Shown in pieces: positions 57,875 through 64,000 of a stretch of 64,000 nt of DNA (position 1 is its first letter; each line of letters opens with the position of its first letter). This DNA is from an uncultured virus (IMG/VR IMGVR_UViG_3300030061_000857). Its lineage: Duplodnaviria; Heunggongvirae; Uroviricota; Caudoviricetes; Crassvirales. The stretch lies in the IMG/VR virus record IMGVR_UViG_3300030061_000857. One strand, given 5' to 3'. Both the position numbers and the translations under genes were made by a program. The notes below the pieces were generated by a model. It saw nothing but the letters and a program-made list of their open reading frames with translations, did not search any database and had not been told where the DNA came from.

Positions 57875-58402
57875 ATGGCTTTAACAGTTTCAGGATCTCC
57901 TACATGTGAGCAGGTCAACATAATTGCAGATTATTATAGCGCTAGTACAAGCGCTACTTTGACATTTGGTGTGGTAAATGCATCAGGAGCAAATGTATTA
58001 AATATAACTTCTCCAAACTTTACAGTAACAGCATCAAGTGGAGCTATTAGTTATCCTTTATTAGTTTCTGATTTATCTATAACTAATGGAATTGTTACTG
58101 TAATCTCCTATATTGATGGAGCAGAGCAAGACAGAAAATCTGTATTACTACCATGTGATATTGATTGCTGTTTAGCAAAATTAACCAATGAACTTATAGA
58201 CTGTGCTTGTGATTGTGCAAAATGTTCTTCAACTTTAGCAAAAGCTCAAAAAATTATGTTATTACTAAAGTCTTCTGAATATTCACTAAAACAAGGAAAT
58301 ACTGTAGGCACAACATTACAAACAGGATATATACAAGACGCACATAATAAATATACTAAAGCAAGAGAGGTTTGTGACAATAGTTGCGGATGCGATTGCT
58401 AA
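57875..58402 (+). CDS. Structural protein with Cys-rich C-terminus
   Basis: CDIDCC...CACDCAKC...CDNSCGCDC; tail-associated by position. Confidence 0.6.
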   Translation: MALTVSGSPTCEQVNIIADYYSASTSATLTFGVVNASGANVLNITSPNFTVTASSGAISYPLLVSDLSITNGIVTVISYIDGAEQDRKSVLLPCDIDCCLAKLTNELIDCACDCAKCSSTLAKAQKIMLLLKSSEYSLKQGNTVGTTLQTGYIQDAHNKYTKAREVCDNSCGCDC

Positions 58403-58413
58403 ACAAATAAAAT

Positions 58414-61400
58414 ATGTTTAAATTTCCAATATTTTACTATCCAGACGGAGATCAAGGAGGTGGTCAAGAAGAAAATGAAGAATACGGCGAAGAAAGAGAA
58501 AGTCAAGAACAAGAGCAAGACCAACAAGACTCTTCAGACTCAGGCGGTGGTTCTACTACTACTACTGGTACTGCTGTAAATTATGATACAGATACAGAGA
58601 TACAAAGTGATACTCCAGACACTAGAGGAAAAGAAATAACAGGGGAAGGAGAAAAATATTTAAAAGTAAAAGAATATGTAGGGACAAAGTCTCAGCATCA
58701 GAGAAATATGATCTTTGGTGCACCTCCACCAACAGGATTACCTAAACACATACAAATAGTTGCAGGTCCACATGCACCAGGCGGTAGCTTAATAGGTCCT
58801 AAATTAAGGATTACGGTTAATAAAACTGTAACTATGCAAGATCCACTTACTGGAGTAATCTCTGTGGATCCAGCTTTTGATTCTGTTCAGTCTATTCAAG
58901 ATATAACACCAAACAATTCAGGTGCTCCTTACTTTACAAATACCGGACAAGGTCCTGATATTATAGATATGTATGGGTTAGGAGTTCAATCCTTTCTATC
59001 ATATCAAACAGGACAAGAGCAATACATAACTTCAAACACTGCTACAGATCAACTTTATATAGAATATGAAAATGACCATGTAGGAGGAGGTAGTTGTACT
59101 ACTTTACCTTATTGTCCTTTTCAAAGAAAAATACAAGTAACATGGTCAAGCGGTGATACTAGAGTTTTTGAAATTATTTTACCAGGATGGTCACACGCAA
59201 ATCTTGGTAATGGTAGTCCTAGTCATACTACATTTACTAATTCTGTAAGAACAGATGGATGTGAAGGAGACGGGACTACAGCACATGTACACACTTCACA
59301 TTCACAAAATAATATAGGATATACTGGTAATCAGCACAATGATTACATGTATTTAGGATTTTTTAAAACAGTAAATGGTAATAATGTAGGATTGCCTAAT
59401 ACTTTTGAGTATAATCTTAGTTGGAATACTACTAAGTATTATGATTTTGATTTTGACTCTAATGGTAGTACTTTTAATTTTGGTGTCTTAGGTAATCAAG
59501 AAAATGATTTTGCAGGAGAACAATATTATAAAGGTATTGTAGCTAATATTGATTCAACACAAAATGTTGCTACTACTGGTAATGAAACTGCAGACATATG
59601 GTTTCCTAATAATATAGTTGGTAATTCTTATGACTATGCAGCAAGTCAGTTATTAAGTCAAGCACAAATAACTGGATTTGGTTTACCTCCTGCTTTTGAT
59701 GGTGCAGGTGTTGGACTTAGATTTATGGATGTACATGTATATTCAGAAAAGACTCCAGACTGTACAGCAGTTCCACCAAGTCCAATAACATTTACTGTTT
59801 GTGATGATAGTAGCGCTTCAGATTATTATTTACTTACAGGAGTAGATTGTAGTAGTAATGATTTAACAGCTTTTGGAACTCCAGCAGTTAATTATTTAAC
59901 AGGAGGTGGTGCAACATTTATATCACAAACACATCCAAATAATTGTTGTACAGATTGTAATGGTTTACAATTAAGTGTAACAAAAGTTGATCCAACAATA
60001 CAAGGAGGTGATGACGGTATAATAGAAGTTACAGTTTTAGATGGAGGTTTTTCAGGAGCAACAGCAATTCCAGGACAACCTTACACTAATGGAGGAGTAG
60101 GAACAGCTACTGGAAATGAAACAGGTAATGGTAGATATGCATGGACAATAAGAGCAAACAGTTTAACAAAGATAGGAGGATTAGGAAGTACAGGAACAGC
60201 TAATGTAGTAGGGTACGGATATGCAACTCATCCATTAGGAGGTCAAGATTATGTTAATACATTTACACTTGGATTTCAAGAAGATTTAGCACAAGATGCA
60301 GTTACTACACCACAAAATGCAGCTTTTGCTAGTTTAGGTGTACTAAGCGTTACAATGGGTAGTACAACAACTAATGTAATACCTGCAAGTACTGTAAATG
60401 GTACAGTAAGTACAGGTTTAATTGCAGGATGTTATCAAATATATGTAAGAGATGAATCTCAAAACGGTGCAGGCTCTACAGTACCTTGTTTCAAAACAAT
60501 GGAGGTTTGTTTAGATGATGGTGTAGGTATTGCAGGATGTACAGATAATAATGCAGGTACTAATTTTGGAGCAGCATTAAATTATCAATCTAATGCAGTA
60601 GTAGATGATGGCTCTTGTTTATATTGTAATGCAACTACTGGAGCTTTAATAGATTCATCTGGTAATCTTGCAAATGGAAATGGAGATATAGCAGCAGGTC
60701 AAATAAATTCTATTACAACAACTCCTACAATAAGAACAAATTCAGCTGATGGTATTATTAATATAGGTAATCTTCCAGCAACTACACAATTTCAACCTTT
60801 TATAAATGATGTTGTAGATGCTAATGGAATGTTTAATGGAGAATATACTATACAGTTTTATAATACTACTAGTAAAGTTTTTTGGGATGCAGCACAAAGC
60901 AGTTCAACAGCTAATGATTTAACAAACTTTAGCACAGTAGGTAATTTAATAAACAATGGACAAGGACAATGGCAAGGTAGTTTTACTACAACTAATGTAG
61001 GTGCAAATTTAAATTATGGTTATTATGCTGTAAAAATAGCAATTAATGATCCAGATGCTGCAGTAGAAGTAGAAGATTGTTTTCAAGTATTTTATTTTGT
61101 AATACCTATAAATGTATGTGTAGACTCAAGTGGTCAATTTGCAACAGCTATTACAAATACAAACTCACCTCCAGGCACATTAATAATACAACAGGCGGAA
61201 GATATTTTATGGTATTCTAACCCATCAATGTGTTCAATATTAAACAACTTTTGTTGTAATCCACCTCTATTAACAAACCCATCAGGAGTATGTGATGTTA
61301 ATGAATTATTAGCAGAATTTTATTGTGATCCTGTACCATCGTTATTAAGTTTTGAGTTACAACATCAAGATCCTACTAGTAACGCTTTTGTTACAATAAG

Positions 61401-63096
61401 TACAAATACTTATACACCTACTAATAGTGCTAGTTATAACTATACTTATACTCAAGGATCATCTATAACTGCTAACACTTTTACAGATGATGGTTTTTAT
61501 AGAGTAATACTAACAAGCTCATACCCTAACTCTGCAGACTGTATACAAACAAGTTCTGTTGTACAAATTACATCTGCTATATTTGGATGTATGGATGCAA
61601 CTGCACTAAATTACGATCCAACAGCTACATGTCCTGACACTTGTGTTTATTGTGTTTATGGATGTACTGATGATACAATGTCTAACTATAATCCTCTTGC
61701 TACTTGTGATGATGGTTCATGTATTCCATTTGTGTACGGATGTACAGATCCTTTAGCTTTAAATTATTATGCAGGAGCAAATATTGATGACGGTTCATGT
61801 CAATACGGAGTATTAGGATGCACAGATCCAACAGCTTATAATTACAATAAAAATTGTGCAGGTGTAACAGTAACTGCAACAGTAGATGATGGATGTTGTT
61901 TTTATCCATGTAGTCCAGCTAATCAAGGGCCTCCATCTACTTTTACAACAACGGATGCTACAGGAGGATGTCCAGCAGCTAATAATGATGGATCATTTAC
62001 TATCACTGTGTTAATTATGAATACTGGAGCAATGGCAGGGCAAAGTAAAACAGTACAGTTTTTTGATAACTCTGGTAATTTACTTTACACAGATCCTACT
62101 ACATATACTAATGCAAATAGTCCTAATCATCAATTTACTTCTACACTTTCTAATGTAGGTCCTGGAGTTTATTTAGCAGTTGTAACTGATAACTTTGGAT
62201 GTGTAGAAAATATATATGGAACTGTAGGTAGTACTACAGCAAACTGTGGGTGTACAGATCCAAATGCATCTAACTACGACCCAACAGCAACTACAGACGA
62301 CGGATCATGTTTATATCCAGGATGTATAGATCCTAATGCTTTAAACTATGATCCTAACGCATCAATAGACGATGGCTCGTGTGTATATCAAACAGTAGTA
62401 AACCCTTGTATTCCTGGAAATACTAATTCATTAATTAGTTTATTACAAGCATGTATAGCTAAGAATGGTTTTACGTATTATAACAAATTAGTTACAGGAC
62501 AAGCAGATGATTGTTCTATAATGAATGCTTGGAAAGTTATTTTAATAGAATATCTAGTAAGTAAAAGAGGAACAAAGTGTATATACAATTGTGCAGATTC
62601 TGCAACTCCAAATGTATCTACAATTGGAACATGTGCTTCATTATGGACAACAGGAGGACCAGTAACAGGGCTTAATGATCAAGCGCATGCAGGATCTAGT
62701 ATAGCAACAGGTGAAGGAACTACAATAACAGATCCTAGTTTATATTTTGTAGCATCAAATACTTTATATTTAGGAGATGTTATAAAAATGCCTAGTGGTC
62801 TTATCTATCAAGTAGTTCCACCAACAACTAGTATTAGTGGTGCAGGACACAATCCTGAAACAGCTCAAGGAGCAAAATCTGGTGCTTGGCAACAATGTGT
62901 ACCAGGTCTACAAGTAACTTCGTTTCCAGACAGTGTAAATTATTTAGATAATTTTAATACATTTGTAGCTAAGTTCTGTGTAGACTGTAATATAGTAGAT
63001 GAAAATGTGATTAGAAACGTAAAATCAACACCACCATCTAAAAGAGGTAGAAGTGGAAGATTAAGTATAGATGGTATTAACGGTTTAGAAATATAA
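58414..63096 (+). CDS. Large Cys-rich repeat protein, putative fibre/adhesin
   Basis: Seven GC(T/M/I)D-x-A-x-NY...DDGSC-type repeats and SprB-like segments. Confidence 0.7.
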   Translation: MFKFPIFYYPDGDQGGGQEENEEYGEERESQEQEQDQQDSSDSGGGSTTTTGTAVNYDTDTEIQSDTPDTRGKEITGEGEKYLKVKEYVGTKSQHQRNMIFGAPPPTGLPKHIQIVAGPHAPGGSLIGPKLRITVNKTVTMQDPLTGVISVDPAFDSVQSIQDITPNNSGAPYFTNTGQGPDIIDMYGLGVQSFLSYQTGQEQYITSNTATDQLYIEYENDHVGGGSCTTLPYCPFQRKIQVTWSSGDTRVFEIILPGWSHANLGNGSPSHTTFTNSVRTDGCEGDGTTAHVHTSHSQNNIGYTGNQHNDYMYLGFFKTVNGNNVGLPNTFEYNLSWNTTKYYDFDFDSNGSTFNFGVLGNQENDFAGEQYYKGIVANIDSTQNVATTGNETADIWFPNNIVGNSYDYAASQLLSQAQITGFGLPPAFDGAGVGLRFMDVHVYSEKTPDCTAVPPSPITFTVCDDSSASDYYLLTGVDCSSNDLTAFGTPAVNYLTGGGATFISQTHPNNCCTDCNGLQLSVTKVDPTIQGGDDGIIEVTVLDGGFSGATAIPGQPYTNGGVGTATGNETGNGRYAWTIRANSLTKIGGLGSTGTANVVGYGYATHPLGGQDYVNTFTLGFQEDLAQDAVTTPQNAAFASLGVLSVTMGSTTTNVIPASTVNGTVSTGLIAGCYQIYVRDESQNGAGSTVPCFKTMEVCLDDGVGIAGCTDNNAGTNFGAALNYQSNAVVDDGSCLYCNATTGALIDSSGNLANGNGDIAAGQINSITTTPTIRTNSADGIINIGNLPATTQFQPFINDVVDANGMFNGEYTIQFYNTTSKVFWDAAQSSSTANDLTNFSTVGNLINNGQGQWQGSFTTTNVGANLNYGYYAVKIAINDPDAAVEVEDCFQVFYFVIPINVCVDSSGQFATAITNTNSPPGTLIIQQAEDILWYSNPSMCSILNNFCCNPPLLTNPSGVCDVNELLAEFYCDPVPSLLSFELQHQDPTSNAFVTISTNTYTPTNSASYNYTYTQGSSITANTFTDDGFYRVILTSSYPNSADCIQTSSVVQITSAIFGCMDATALNYDPTATCPDTCVYCVYGCTDDTMSNYNPLATCDDGSCIPFVYGCTDPLALNYYAGANIDDGSCQYGVLGCTDPTAYNYNKNCAGVTVTATVDDGCCFYPCSPANQGPPSTFTTTDATGGCPAANNDGSFTITVLIMNTGAMAGQSKTVQFFDNSGNLLYTDPTTYTNANSPNHQFTSTLSNVGPGVYLAVVTDNFGCVENIYGTVGSTTANCGCTDPNASNYDPTATTDDGSCLYPGCIDPNALNYDPNASIDDGSCVYQTVVNPCIPGNTNSLISLLQACIAKNGFTYYNKLVTGQADDCSIMNAWKVILIEYLVSKRGTKCIYNCADSATPNVSTIGTCASLWTTGGPVTGLNDQAHAGSSIATGEGTTITDPSLYFVASNTLYLGDVIKMPSGLIYQVVPPTTSISGAGHNPETAQGAKSGAWQQCVPGLQVTSFPDSVNYLDNFNTFVAKFCVDCNIVDENVIRNVKSTPPSKRGRSGRLSIDGINGLEI
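61585..62390 (+). repeat. Cluster of GCTD...NY...DDGSC coding repeats
   Basis: Six copies in this interval (four tandem, then two tandem); a seventh near 60535. Confidence 0.8.
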
Positions 63097-63105
63097 AAAA
63101 ATAAT

Positions 63106-64000
63106 ATGGCAAAAATAACAGACTTAGGAACTCTAGCAAAAACTTCAGTAGCAAGTACAGATTTTTTACTTGTAACAAGTAGTGCTACAGGACAATCTAA
63201 AAAATTAACAGTAGAAAGCCTATTTCCAGCTGTATCTACAGCAGGGAGTAGCAGTGAAACATTATATAATAGTGCAACACTAACAAATAAAAATCAAATA
63301 GCTTTTAAAGGTATAAAGAGTGGTGATACAGGTTTACTAACTGTAGGAACAACTTCTAGTAATCTTGTATTAACAGTATTAGAAGCTGGTATTGATCTTA
63401 GTTTATGTAACAATGCTACATCTGGATTTATAACTGGTGTAGATTTTTCCGGAACAGTTACAGGAGAATGTGGAGTAACAAACGGAGGTACTGGTTTATC
63501 TACAGTAGCAAAAGGATCTGTACTATATGCAAGTAACACAGATACAATAGCTGCATCAACTGCAATGTCTACAAATGGACAATTACTTATTGGTAATGCA
63601 ACTAATGGTTATCCATCAGTAGCAACACTTACTGCAGGAACAGGTGTAACAATAACTAATGCTGCAGGAGCAATTACAATTGCAGCTTCAATAGCTAATG
63701 CAGAATCAAACATAGATATGCGTAATGCAGCAAATAGTACTACATACAACATAGATTTAGTTGGAGGTACAGCATTTATATCTGGAGATGGATCTGCAGA
63801 AGGTTTAACAGTAGACAATGACGGTAAAGTATTTATAGGACAATCAACTCCTACAGCAGCTTTTGCTGATAGTTTAAATATAAAAGGAGGAATTAGATTT
63901 ACTAATACAGATGCTCCTACAATAAAACCAACAGCTACTACATCGAGTACAGCTGGACAAGCAGTAACAATTGAAGGAGGAAGCAGTGCAGGAGCGGCAG
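63106..64000 (+). CDS. Tail fibre-like protein, 3'-truncated by window edge
   Basis: MAKITDLGTLAKTSVASTDFLLV... open to the window end; VTNGGTGL, GQLLIG and TLTAGTGVTITN fibre-type motifs. Confidence 0.75.
   Translation, partial: MAKITDLGTLAKTSVASTDFLLVTSSATGQSKKLTVESLFPAVSTAGSSSETLYNSATLTNKNQIAFKGIKSGDTGLLTVGTTSSNLVLTVLEAGIDLSLCNNATSGFITGVDFSGTVTGECGVTNGGTGLSTVAKGSVLYASNTDTIAASTAMSTNGQLLIGNATNGYPSVATLTAGTGVTITNAAGAITIAASIANAESNIDMRNAANSTTYNIDLVGGTAFISGDGSAEGLTVDNDGKVFIGQSTPTAAFADSLNIKGGIRFTNTDAPTIKPTATTSSTAGQAVTIEGGSSAGAA

Noticed and set aside
1..64000. Stop-codon reassignment (seen in some crAss-like phages)
   Set aside because: Genes are long and uninterrupted in the standard code; TAG (rIIB, portal) and TGA serve as real stops; no suppressor tRNA seen.
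58414..64000. Diversity-generating retroelement targeting fibre genes
   Set aside because: No reverse transcriptase or TR/VR pair visible in the window.

Overview
This 64-kb window is part of an AT-rich crAss-like (Crassvirales-type) phage genome, most likely infecting a Bacteroidota host. The host call rests on TAnnTTTG promoters and SprB-like adhesin repeats. It has three blocks. (1) 1-22.6 kb, + strand: the end of a tail stabilisation/muzzle gene, several internal cargo/ejection proteins, and three giant virion proteins including a two-barrel RNA polymerase (DFDID) and a zincin-domain protein. (2) 22.6-42.5 kb, - strand: a compact replication/repair/early module with PolA, a separate 5'-3' exonuclease, primase, DnaB-like and SF2 helicases, Sak4-like ATPase, SSB-like protein, UNG, and rIIA/rIIB with a spore-photoproduct-lyase-like radical SAM gene between them. 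(3) 42.9-64 kb, + strand: GroES, HU/IHF, TerL, a SET-domain protein, portal, scaffold-like protein, major capsid protein, ring/auxiliary proteins, a Cys-rich repeat protein and a fibre start. The most striking signals are: the three giant ejected proteins lack cysteine except for paired Cys at their head-to-tail junctions (..CK*/MxC..); a promoter-delimited ~255-nt structured RNA candidate and other structured elements around the strand switch; KxxxGG-delimited modular cargo proteins; a SET domain in the head module; and a candidate late-promoter architecture. All calls come from motif reading and synteny by eye; no searches were run.
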